Shown here piece by piece: positions 8,557 to 16,835 of a DNA stretch of 64,000 nt (position 1 is its first letter; every line of letters begins with the position of its first letter). Both the position numbers and the translations under genes were made by a program. Below the pieces are notes generated by a model that was given only the letters and a program-made list of their open reading frames with translations, did no database searches and was not told where the DNA came from. The DNA comes from a virus (taxonomy: Duplodnaviria > Caudoviricetes), in the IMG/VR virus record IMGVR_UViG_3300031998_000057, positions 8,532 through 72,531 of that record, one strand, 5' to 3'.

Positions 8557-8784
8557 ATGAACCGCTACAGTTACAAAGAACTTCGCGCTGCTGCCGTTTC
8601 CCCTACGGCCACGCCGGAGGATATAAATGCCTTTGGGGAATGGTTTGAACTCTACGGCCACGAAAACCCCGACTTCTGGAACGGCGAATATTGGGACGCC
8701 GACGACGGCATGAGGCTTTTCCCCGTCTATACTGAGCCGGACGAGTATGGCGATATGGAGATCGTCGGCTATGAATTTAGATAG
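8557..8784 (+). CDS. acidic hypothetical protein (75 aa)
   Basis: RBS AAAGGAG, ATG 8557; 17 D/E vs 5 K/R. Confidence 0.75.
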   Translation: MNRYSYKELRAAAVSPTATPEDINAFGEWFELYGHENPDFWNGEYWDADDGMRLFPVYTEPDEYGDMEIVGYEFR

Positions 8785-8796
8785 GAGGCGCGAAGA

Positions 8797-9135
8797 ATGA
8801 CAATTTCGGAATTGAAGAGTGAACTTCGGATTGCCCCTGACGATTATTGGGAAGTTATGGAAGCGGAGCTTCCGCTGCCGGAAACGCTTGCACAATTCGC
8901 CGAGGCATGGAATAATCCCGCGCTGAACAGTGAAGGAACTTTTGCAGATAACCTTGCGGACGGCGCTGTGCAGGACGGAAAGCCCTTTTTCGGAGCCTAC
9001 ACATCGATCACGGTCGATTATGATGACTATGACAAGTATTTTTGCGACGGCTGTGCGCCTAATGAAATCAGAGACACATTTCCCAGGGCGTTAATTGCAA
9101 TAGAGCCGCAGAAATCGGAGGAGGCCGCCGAATGA
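8797..9135 (+). CDS. acidic hypothetical protein
   Basis: RBS AGGAGG; 24 D/E vs 7 K/R in 112 aa. Confidence 0.75.
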   Translation: MTISELKSELRIAPDDYWEVMEAELPLPETLAQFAEAWNNPALNSEGTFADNLADGAVQDGKPFFGAYTSITVDYDDYDKYFCDGCAPNEIRDTFPRALIAIEPQKSEEAAE

Positions 9136-9539
9136 CACACGAGAACAGTGGTATTATCGACTTCAACGCCAAGCGCGGCGTCCGGTCGGAGGACTTCGCG
9201 GACATCGGCGACTACGCCGCCGCGAAAGCGGAGGAGAACGCTGCCTTTTGCGGCAAGGCGCTGAACAGCGAAAACCTTGATCGTCTGAACACGATCCGCG
9301 ACTGCTGCGCGAAAATTGCCGAACTGGACGCGGACGTGCGTTTTATAAATTTCCCGCCGGACAGCAGGGAGCGCAACGGCATCATGCAGATCAACGTCCC
9401 CGGCCTGTATATGGCTTTCGACAAGCGCATTACGCGGCTTTTTTCCCGCATCTTCGCCGAGGCAGACGATTTTGGCGTCGTGGAAACGGACGACGGCCTG
9501 AACTTCACCTTCGGCGTGAGGGACATTTGGGACGATTAA
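9132..9539 (+). CDS. hypothetical protein
   Basis: ATGA overlap with the upstream gene. Confidence 0.7.
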   Translation: MTHENSGIIDFNAKRGVRSEDFADIGDYAAAKAEENAAFCGKALNSENLDRLNTIRDCCAKIAELDADVRFINFPPDSRERNGIMQINVPGLYMAFDKRITRLFSRIFAEADDFGVVETDDGLNFTFGVRDIWDD

Positions 9540-9655
9540 AAAAAGAACAGACCCGGTAGCCGTTTTCGGAAAAGCGGGTTTGGTGTATACAGAGGCAAGC
9601 GCGAGGCAAACGCCCCGCGCTTTTCTTGTGCCTAAAATTGAAAGGAGAATACACA

Positions 9656-10888
9656 ATGTACTATCAGATCAACCGCGAGACTCAAAAGCTGGAGCTTATC
9701 TTCGACAAGGCTGAATATCAGGCATTGCCCGACGCGGACAAGCGTGAGATCAAAAGCAATTTCCTTTTCGCCCGCAGCATCGGCGGCTGGGTGAGCCGCG
9801 CAAAGTGGCCGAACACGGGCCGAGCGGAGCGCGTGGCGCAGCGCCTGGGCGCTGAGAACAGGGGCAAGACCGGCGAGGCCCTGACCTTTGCCGAGCAGCA
9901 GGAGCGCAAGGCGGAACGCGCCGAGGCCCGCGCCGAACGCATGGACGCGAGATCGGACAGGGCCGCTGCCGAGGGGACGCGCCTGCAAAAGCCCATCGAG
10001 GATATGCGCGGCGATATTGCGTTCTTCACGCAGCCGAACATCAACAGCAGCGCGGGCCGCGCCTTTACGAACAGGCGGAACAGGATGTTTGCCGCCTATG
10101 AGCGCGGCTGGGAGGAGTTCAAGAAATCGGAATACTATGCGGAACGCGCTGAGACTGCCCGCCGCACCGCCGCCGAAGCGAAAATGCCCACCGACAAGGG
10201 CTTTTGCGAGCGCCGCATTGCCGAGGCGGAAAAGTCCATTCGGGAACAGAAGAAGCAGATCGACACCTACCGCAAGGCCATCGAGCAGACCGAAAAGGGT
10301 CTGGAATACGTCGGCGGCCCCGGCGAGTGGTACTGCCATTACACCCCCGACTACACCGACAAGCTCCGCGAGTGGCTTGAAAACGCCGAGGAGCGCATGG
10401 AACAGGCCATGAGCAAGGCCATTTACTACCGCGAGGCCCTTGAAGCCCTGGGCGGCATCCAGTACAGCCGCGAAAACGTCAAACCCGGCTACGTCGTCCT
10501 CGTCGGCTCCCACCTGGGCGAAGTCGATTCCTGCGGCCCGAAGAACATCACCTATAAGGTAACGACCTGCGGCACGACCTTTTACCTGAAGGCCAGCTAC
10601 GGTGAAATCACCGAGATCGTCAGTGCCGAGGAGCGCAAGCCTGAACAGCACCCGTTCAAGGTGGGCGAGGTTTTCGAGCCGATCCTGTGGGACGGCGACC
10701 GCTTCACAAAAACCCCCGTGGAGATCGTCAAGGCCACGGAGAAAAGCGTCACGGTTCAGAACAGGAACACCGGCGAGAAGTACGTCCGCAAGCCTCAGAA
10801 GTACGACGGAGGCCGCAGCGAAGCCGCCGAGTGGGTATTCTATATCGACTCCGACTCCTACCGTTCCCGCTGCGCCAAACCCGCCTGA
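9656..10888 (+). CDS. DUF3560-family protein
   Basis: ERKAERAEARAERM..GDIAFFTQPNINSSAGRAFTNRRNRM..YYAERA..ERRI pattern. Confidence 0.75.
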   Translation: MYYQINRETQKLELIFDKAEYQALPDADKREIKSNFLFARSIGGWVSRAKWPNTGRAERVAQRLGAENRGKTGEALTFAEQQERKAERAEARAERMDARSDRAAAEGTRLQKPIEDMRGDIAFFTQPNINSSAGRAFTNRRNRMFAAYERGWEEFKKSEYYAERAETARRTAAEAKMPTDKGFCERRIAEAEKSIREQKKQIDTYRKAIEQTEKGLEYVGGPGEWYCHYTPDYTDKLREWLENAEERMEQAMSKAIYYREALEALGGIQYSRENVKPGYVVLVGSHLGEVDSCGPKNITYKVTTCGTTFYLKASYGEITEIVSAEERKPEQHPFKVGEVFEPILWDGDRFTKTPVEIVKATEKSVTVQNRNTGEKYVRKPQKYDGGRSEAAEWVFYIDSDSYRSRCAKPA

Positions 10889-11000
10889 CCCGTCCAAAAA
10901 AGAAAAATGATAATAAATTGCTGGAGCGGTAGCCATATCCCGCTCCCGCGGTTTGGTAACAGTGACCGCGCAAGCGGAACACATTGAAAGGAGTTACAGC

Positions 11001-11213
11001 ATGAACACGACGACAAAACTGACCTACATCGGCATGGATTCCTGGTCGCGCCCCGTCTACAAGGACGAAGCCGGGACCCTTTGGAAAGACACAGACCCCC
11101 GTCGAGACCGCGCTCCCGACCTTTGCTCCGCTATGTTCAACGCCTTCGACGGCGAGCCGAACAATCCTTTTCACGGCATCCCCGAATTTATCCCCGAACG
11201 GATCACATGGTAA
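11001..11213 (+). CDS. hypothetical protein
   Basis: YIGMDSWSRPVYKDEAGTLWKD..FDGEP; RBS AAAGGAG. Confidence 0.75.
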   Translation: MNTTTKLTYIGMDSWSRPVYKDEAGTLWKDTDPRRDRAPDLCSAMFNAFDGEPNNPFHGIPEFIPERITW

Positions 11214-11230
11214 ATTGAAAGGAGAACACA

Positions 11231-11602
11231 ATGAGCACCATCACTTTTACAGCGAAGCCCCTCACGAAGCCGGAGGGCATGACGATCAAGGCCGAGCTTG
11301 CCTGGGCCTATTTCGATTTCAATAACGGCGGTTGGCTGGCCGCGAAGATGGGCGACGATTCCATCGTCATCACCGACGAATCCGCCGATTTTTTCAACGG
11401 GCAGACTTTCCCCGACGAGGACGCCTTTGCCGAGTGGTTGGAACAGGACGCCGCCATGCAGCTTGACGATCATCCCTATGAGTTTTTGTCAGACAGCGGC
11501 GCGATCCTGCCCGCCCTGCTGACCGAGGCCGTCCAGCGTGAAATCCTGAACGCCATCAATCAAATCGACGACACGAGAAAGGAGAACACCCCCGATGCTT
11601 AA
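11231..11602 (+). CDS. acidic hypothetical protein
   Basis: 24 D/E vs 7 K/R in 123 aa; RBS AAAGGAG. Confidence 0.75.
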   Translation: MSTITFTAKPLTKPEGMTIKAELAWAYFDFNNGGWLAAKMGDDSIVITDESADFFNGQTFPDEDAFAEWLEQDAAMQLDDHPYEFLSDSGAILPALLTEAVQREILNAINQIDDTRKENTPDA

Positions 11603-12143
11603 CGACAACACGCTCCACGACGAAATCGCCTTTCAGGGCAAAGCCCTCACGGTGGACACCTGCTTCCTGGGCGAATACATGAACAATCCCTATGAGACCA
11701 TGGCCCTGCTGCCCGGCGGCAAAGAGATCGAGTGCGTCCGCTCCGCCACGGAGGAGGACGCCCGCCGCGTCCACGCCATCATGCTCAAAAAGTACAGGGA
11801 ACAGGCCGCGCCCCTCACGGGGAAGTATTTGAAGCTGAAGCTGGACCTGCTGGCCGCCTATGCCGAGACGGAACACATCGAACAGACCGAGGACGGCGGC
11901 ACCTGCAACTTTGATGCGCCGGTCCTGCACCTGAACCGCTGGGACGGGAACAAGATCAAACAGGCGGCAAAGGAGGCGGGCGGCAGCGCTTTCAAATGGA
12001 CATGGGGCAGCCGCGTCATGGGCTGGGTATTCTCCCCGCGCAGCTCCGGCCAGGGCAACCGCCGCAGCCGCCGCGCCGAGGCCATCAGTGCCGCTCTCAA
12101 AGCCAAAGGCTACAACACCGGTATGTATTACGCTATGGACTGA
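11595..12143 (+). CDS. hypothetical phage protein
   Basis: 182 aa; DGGTCNFD and GQGNRRSRRAEA motifs. Confidence 0.75.
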   Translation: MLNDNTLHDEIAFQGKALTVDTCFLGEYMNNPYETMALLPGGKEIECVRSATEEDARRVHAIMLKKYREQAAPLTGKYLKLKLDLLAAYAETEHIEQTEDGGTCNFDAPVLHLNRWDGNKIKQAAKEAGGSAFKWTWGSRVMGWVFSPRSSGQGNRRSRRAEAISAALKAKGYNTGMYYAMD

Positions 12144-12247
12144 ACATAAAAAAGCCGAACGCTCGGTAGCCATTCCCCCTATCGGGCGTTTGGTATAACT
12201 GAACGCGGCGGCGACTGCCGCACATACATTGAAAGGAGTAAAACATA

Positions 12248-12874
12248 ATGAACAGAACCATCAAACTGAGCGACAAGCTCACGGGCGCTCTCGAAGCCCA
12301 CGACATCTACGTTACGTCCGCTGACGAATACAACGGCGGCATCGACGTAGAATTGGAATGGTACAGCCCCGCAGGAGAGGATTTTGTTTTCACCTTCCAC
12401 TTTGACGGCTCCGCTTCCGATTTCGTTGACAACTTCCGCAGCTACGCGGAGGACTTCGACCCCGACGAACACGCCGAAATGTGGGTTGAACACCGCGGCA
12501 AAAATGGCTGCCCGAACTCTATCCGTGACCTGATCGACGACGCGGACGCCATCAATGACTTTCTGAACAGCGTCGCCCACGATCTGATTGACGCATTGGA
12601 GCGTGGCGAGCTGTCCAACGCCTACCTGCTGACCGAGGAACAGATCAGGGACGATTGGGAAGCCGCGCTCGAAAGCGATATGGACTACAGCGAGATCGCC
12701 CAGGCTATCGAATGGGGCTTCACCCGCGAGGACATTATCACGCTCATGGAGCTGCACCGTGAGAACAAGCACCGCCGCAAGATCGAGGACCTTTTGACCG
12801 ACTGCAACTATCACACGGAATGTAAAGCCTGGTCCGCGGGCGATTACACGTTCCGCGACGTATGGGAGGAGTGA
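12248..12874 (+). CDS. acidic hypothetical protein
   Basis: 208 aa, D/E-rich; RBS AAAGGAG. Confidence 0.75.
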   Translation: MNRTIKLSDKLTGALEAHDIYVTSADEYNGGIDVELEWYSPAGEDFVFTFHFDGSASDFVDNFRSYAEDFDPDEHAEMWVEHRGKNGCPNSIRDLIDDADAINDFLNSVAHDLIDALERGELSNAYLLTEEQIRDDWEAALESDMDYSEIAQAIEWGFTREDIITLMELHRENKHRRKIEDLLTDCNYHTECKAWSAGDYTFRDVWEE

Positions 12875-12962
12875 CCGCTGGGGCGGCCTTTGGCCGCCCG
12901 TCCCCCGTCCGAAAAATCACTGCTATAATCAAAACACAAACACATGAAAGGAGCTATAACCA

Positions 12963-13352
12963 ATGCCATTCACGCAAGATGAGCTTTTCATTCTTTCCGA
13001 CGCGCTTCTTCTCACCATCAGCGAAAACAGCGAAGCCATGAAGCATATCACGAGCCAGGACGCAATCGAAGCGCTGAAAAAATACCTGACCGTCCTGCGC
13101 GACCTCAACAGCAAGGTTTGTTCTCTCAGCGAGTCTCAGCTTGCCGCCGACTTCCGTGCGCAGGAACAGCCCCGCAAAACGCCCCGCGTCGTCATTCACG
13201 TTGAGGACGGCATGGTGCAGAACGTTTACGCCGATGCCGACGTGGAAGTGGACGTCTGCGATTTGGACGATGACACCCCGGATGGTTTTGACAGCAGCCG
13301 CACACGGCTCCACGCGGTTGTTACCTGTGGCGTGTACAAGCCCGTGTATTGA
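12963..13352 (+). CDS. hypothetical protein
   Basis: RBS AAAGGAG; TATAAT at 12924. Confidence 0.7.
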   Translation: MPFTQDELFILSDALLLTISENSEAMKHITSQDAIEALKKYLTVLRDLNSKVCSLSESQLAADFRAQEQPRKTPRVVIHVEDGMVQNVYADADVEVDVCDLDDDTPDGFDSSRTRLHAVVTCGVYKPVY

Positions 13353-13371
13353 GAAAGGATGAACAGACCGC

Positions 13372-13761
13372 ATGAACACCTATATGGAAGTCTATGAGCT
13401 TTTTAGCTCGGACGGTCTGCGTCCCTGCTGCGGTGAAACTCCGCTTTTTAAGGCGTTCGATTTTTCGAGCGGCACACTGTTTGCCGTAGAATGCCGCAAA
13501 AACGGCCACATCCACAACACGGGGCTTCACAAGACCCGCGAGGCCGCCGTCAAACTCTGGAACAGCGCGAAAGAAACGACCCACGGACTGCTTCTCCCGA
13601 CGACGGCTCTTGTGACCGAGGACGATTACGGCGTTACCCGCTGTGGAGCCTGCGGCGGCGAAATTCTCTGCGGAGACACCGGCGATATGCCGAACTTTTG
13701 CCCCGCCTGCGGGAAAGAATTGGACTATGCACTTTACGAACAGGAGGAACAGCCCACATGA
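13372..13761 (+). CDS. Lar-like (restriction alleviation) zinc-finger protein with an extra zinc ribbon
   Basis: LRPCCGE..VEC..TREAAVKLWN resembles Lar; followed by CGACGG..FCPACG. Confidence 0.55.
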   Translation: MNTYMEVYELFSSDGLRPCCGETPLFKAFDFSSGTLFAVECRKNGHIHNTGLHKTREAAVKLWNSAKETTHGLLLPTTALVTEDDYGVTRCGACGGEILCGDTGDMPNFCPACGKELDYALYEQEEQPT

Positions 13762-13976
13762 TCGACACGAACACCACCTACGGCGTATCTTTTCGCTGCT
13801 ATTTCCCCGATGATGGCGGCACGGCGACGCGCTACAACAGCCATTATCAGTGTCTCCCACTCGACGAGCTGCCGACATGGATCGAGGCGTACCGCTTCAC
13901 GCATCCGAACTGCCTCTCCGTGACGGCAAAGGTCTGGTTCAGCGACTGCGCCGCAAAGCGCGGCGGCGAGGACTGA
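13758..13976 (+). CDS. hypothetical protein (72 aa)
   Basis: Translated by hand MIDTNTTYGVSFRCYF..; RBS AGGAGG; ATGA overlap. Confidence 0.65.
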   Translation: MIDTNTTYGVSFRCYFPDDGGTATRYNSHYQCLPLDELPTWIEAYRFTHPNCLSVTAKVWFSDCAAKRGGED

Positions 13977-14001
13977 ACACGCACATAGAAAGGAGAACAG
14001 C

Positions 14002-14304
14002 ATGGAACAGAACAGGCTTTACACAAGCACGATGTACAAGGCCGTTTCCCCGAAAGATGACTGCGGCCTTGAAAGCCCCCGTGACACCCTCGGGGAGCTG
14101 GTGGACATGATCTCCCGCTTAGAGAGCCGCGCCCAGGAGCAGGGCTATCCCCCGCAGGAATGGCTGATCGTGCGCGTCCGCACGAACACGATCTTCGATG
14201 GGGGCCGCTTCCACTACCGCAGTACGATTGAGGAAGCCGTCGCTCTCTACGGCAAGGACGGCAAGCTGCGCTATTTGAACGGCGAGGAATGGAAAATTGG
14301 CTGA
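14002..14304 (+). CDS. hypothetical protein
   Basis: RBS AAGGAG. Confidence 0.7.
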   Translation: MEQNRLYTSTMYKAVSPKDDCGLESPRDTLGELVDMISRLESRAQEQGYPPQEWLIVRVRTNTIFDGGRFHYRSTIEEAVALYGKDGKLRYLNGEEWKIG

Positions 14305-14323
14305 ACAAAACCGAAAATTCCCC

Positions 14324-14352
14324 TTGCAATATCACTTGATCCGTGGTATACT
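14324..14352 (+). promoter_or_regulatory. sigmaA-type promoter upstream of the second Rep gene
   Basis: TTGCAA(14324)-N17-TATACT(14347), preceded by TGG. Confidence 0.75.
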
Positions 14353-14531
14353 TTTCATAGTGAGTGTTGCAGCACTCGCTTACAAAGCAGTATCGCGGAC
14401 ACGGTACGGCATTATTATCGCCTTTTATGCCCCTGCAAGGGCATTTTAGGGCTATGCTTTGCATAGCAGCAACCGCCGCCTCATGTGTCCGCATGGGGCG
14501 GCGTGTCTTTTATGCAAGGGAGGCAAACAAG

Positions 14532-15500
14532 ATGCCATTTATCCGTGTACCGCAAGACAAAGACTTCTCAATCGTTCCGAACAGCATTTACCGCGACAAT
14601 CGGCTAAATCTTAGGGACATTGGTTTGCTGACCTATCTCCTGCATCTCCCGAATGATTGGGATTTTTCAATCAAAGGCTTGGAGAGCATCATCCCTAACG
14701 ATGGGAGGGACGGCATAGCCGCCAGTTTGAAGAGGATTGAGAACGCCGGGTATCTTCGCCGTGAGCAGATGCGAAACAAGGGCGGCACTCTGGGCGAGGT
14801 CATCTGGACGATTTCAAACGCTCCTTTACCGAAAACGGATTTTCCGTATACGGCTAATCCGAATACGGCTGAACCGAATACGGTTAATCCGACACAACAT
14901 AGAACTAACGGAACAAATAACGAAATTAACCGAGAACAAAAGGACGGCGTATTGCGCTCCGACGAGCGGAGCGACGACGCGGCCCATGATTTGAGTCCCA
15001 TTGTAGTTTCTGAGAGCAAGAAGCGCGGGAAGAAGCGGAACAACTCGTTCACGCCTATCGGGTATACGGAGCAGCTTTTCGGCAAGGACTTTGCCGCCGA
15101 TGCGCTTTCCTTTGTGAATGACTATGTGGAGAAATACTACCCGCAGTACCGTAAAGAACCGCATCCCGTAGTAGACGATGAAGAAAAAGCCGAATGTGCT
15201 TTCAGGGTCCTTTGCTGTGCCGCAGAGCTTGGCGTGAGAACGGCTTTTGTTGAGCAGAGGCTATATCAGGCTGCCATGCGCGAAGCAACGTACAAGCCGC
15301 TCATAAGCAAGGTCACAAGCCCCCGTTCCCTTGGCTATTGGCTTATCAATGACGGTGATATGCAATCCGACAAACTGAACAGCACCCGCTACAGCTTGGA
15401 GATTGGGCCACCGCCGATGGGCAAGCCTATCAACTCGATCACCGTGGCGGCATGGAAAGAAAACACACAGCCGCAAAGCACCCGATACAGACCACAATAA
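14532..15500 (+). CDS. HTH replication initiator (replisome-organiser type)
   Basis: DFSIVPNSIYRDNRLNLRDIGLLTYLLHLPNDWDFS..DGRDGIAASLKRIENAGYLRR; internal P-x-T-x-N repeats. Confidence 0.75.
   Translation: MPFIRVPQDKDFSIVPNSIYRDNRLNLRDIGLLTYLLHLPNDWDFSIKGLESIIPNDGRDGIAASLKRIENAGYLRREQMRNKGGTLGEVIWTISNAPLPKTDFPYTANPNTAEPNTVNPTQHRTNGTNNEINREQKDGVLRSDERSDDAAHDLSPIVVSESKKRGKKRNNSFTPIGYTEQLFGKDFAADALSFVNDYVEKYYPQYRKEPHPVVDDEEKAECAFRVLCCAAELGVRTAFVEQRLYQAAMREATYKPLISKVTSPRSLGYWLINDGDMQSDKLNSTRYSLEIGPPPMGKPINSITVAAWKENTQPQSTRYRPQ
14829..14898 (+). repeat. 15-bp-period iteron-like repeats inside the Rep gene
   Basis: CCGAAAACGG 14829, CCGTATACGG 14844, CCGAATACGG 14859 and 14874, CCGACACAAC 14889. 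Confidence 0.7.
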
Positions 15501-15755
15501 GCAAAGCGCACAACTATCAGTAATTATTAGTCACTGACAGTTACCATCACCATCAGCACCAGCATCAGCATACCCATCAGCAACCACACCCCCAAAAGCA
15601 ACAGCAAACCCAGCGCCACCGCCAACCGAAAGAGGATAGGCAAGGGGATGCAAGGGGGAAGGAAAGGGGAAAGCAAGCGCCGACGCCTTTTTTCGGCGGT
15701 TGGTAGCCGTTTCCGCATCTTCCCCGTTTGGTATAATCGAAAGGAGGCACACACT

Positions 15756-16820
15756 ATGAACACCATCGACCGTTACGACGCTCTGCGCGACCGTTGGCTC
15801 CGCATGGCGAAGCGAAACAACCTCACCGGCACCACGCTCCGCGCTTATGAGTCCGTCACGGGCCTGCTGCGGGACTTCTTGCAATCCCGCATGGAACAGG
15901 GTATAATCAAGGAAGAACAGGAATACGTCAGCTTCGACGATATTCAAGCGTGGATCGACGCGATGACCGATGCGGGGAACAAGGTCAGCAGCATCAAGCA
16001 GCGCCTTGTCACGGCGAACCAGTTTTTCACCTTCGCCACGAAGCCCTACGTCCCCGCAGAACTGCGTTATGAGCTGTCCCCCGTATCTCCCGACTTCTAT
16101 CCGAAAGTCCCCACAGAGAACATCCCGGAAGCCCTGACGGACGAGGAAATCACCGAGCTTTGGAAGTATGAGCGGAAGTACAAGGCCACGGACGCAGGCT
16201 TCGCCCGTAACTATGCCATCGTCGCCCTCATCCTCACCACGGGTCTGCGGAACAAGGAAGTGCTCGATCTCAACCTGGACAGCATCGACCTTGCCAACGG
16301 CGAGGTTTGGGTACACAACGGCAAGGGCCGCAAGGACCGCGTCGTGGATATGGACTCCGGCGGTCTCTGCGCCGCCGCCCTGGAAAACTATCTCCTGCAC
16401 GGAGACAGACCGCAGAACATCCCAAACTCCGCTCCCCTCTTCGGCACGACAGCGGAACACAGCTTTGGCAAGCCTCAGACCACCGAGGGCGCGGAGAAAT
16501 GGCACAGAGGCACGGGCGCATGGCTGTCCGCCCTGATCGAACGCCACGTTTTCAATCAGACGGGACGGCACGACTGCCGCAGCCATGACCTCCGGCACAC
16601 CTACGCCCGCTTGATGCTGAACAGCACGGGCAACCTTGCCGAGCTGCAAAGCTCCCTTGGACATTCCGATCCCAAGATTTCCGAGCGCTACTCTGGTAGA
16701 CTGCTTCAGCGTCGGAGGAGGGAACAGACCCGCGCCGTCCTCGCCGCCCGCGACGAAGCCGCCGCCCGACTCCGCGCCAGGAACAGGCAGGAACAGACCG
16801 TCATCGAACTTTACGCTTAA
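15756..16820 (+). CDS. XerC/D-like tyrosine recombinase (second recombinase)
   Basis: Full catalytic set: GLRNKE, GKGRK, HDLRH, LGH, ERY; RBS AAAGGAGG. Confidence 0.9.
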   Translation: MNTIDRYDALRDRWLRMAKRNNLTGTTLRAYESVTGLLRDFLQSRMEQGIIKEEQEYVSFDDIQAWIDAMTDAGNKVSSIKQRLVTANQFFTFATKPYVPAELRYELSPVSPDFYPKVPTENIPEALTDEEITELWKYERKYKATDAGFARNYAIVALILTTGLRNKEVLDLNLDSIDLANGEVWVHNGKGRKDRVVDMDSGGLCAAALENYLLHGDRPQNIPNSAPLFGTTAEHSFGKPQTTEGAEKWHRGTGAWLSALIERHVFNQTGRHDCRSHDLRHTYARLMLNSTGNLAELQSSLGHSDPKISERYSGRLLQRRRREQTRAVLAARDEAAARLRARNRQEQTVIELYA

Positions 16821-16835
16821 AGGAGGAGGAACACA

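Larger units (their letters stand above)
3637..15732 (+). promoter_or_regulatory. dispersed bipartite promoter motif GGTAGCC-N16(17)-GTTTGGT, 10 copies
   Basis: GGTAGCC starts at 3637, 4195, 4550, 4992, 5896, 8444, 9555, 10928, 12165 (all N16) and 15702 (N17); each is intergenic and upstream of an RBS/ATG. Degenerate copy with GTTTGGT at 5357. Confidence 0.85.

Noticed and set aside
3637-15732. CRISPR-like or classical integron attC array
   Set aside because: The conserved parts are two 7-bp boxes at fixed spacing ahead of RBSs, without attC-type long imperfect palindromes; a promoter fits better.
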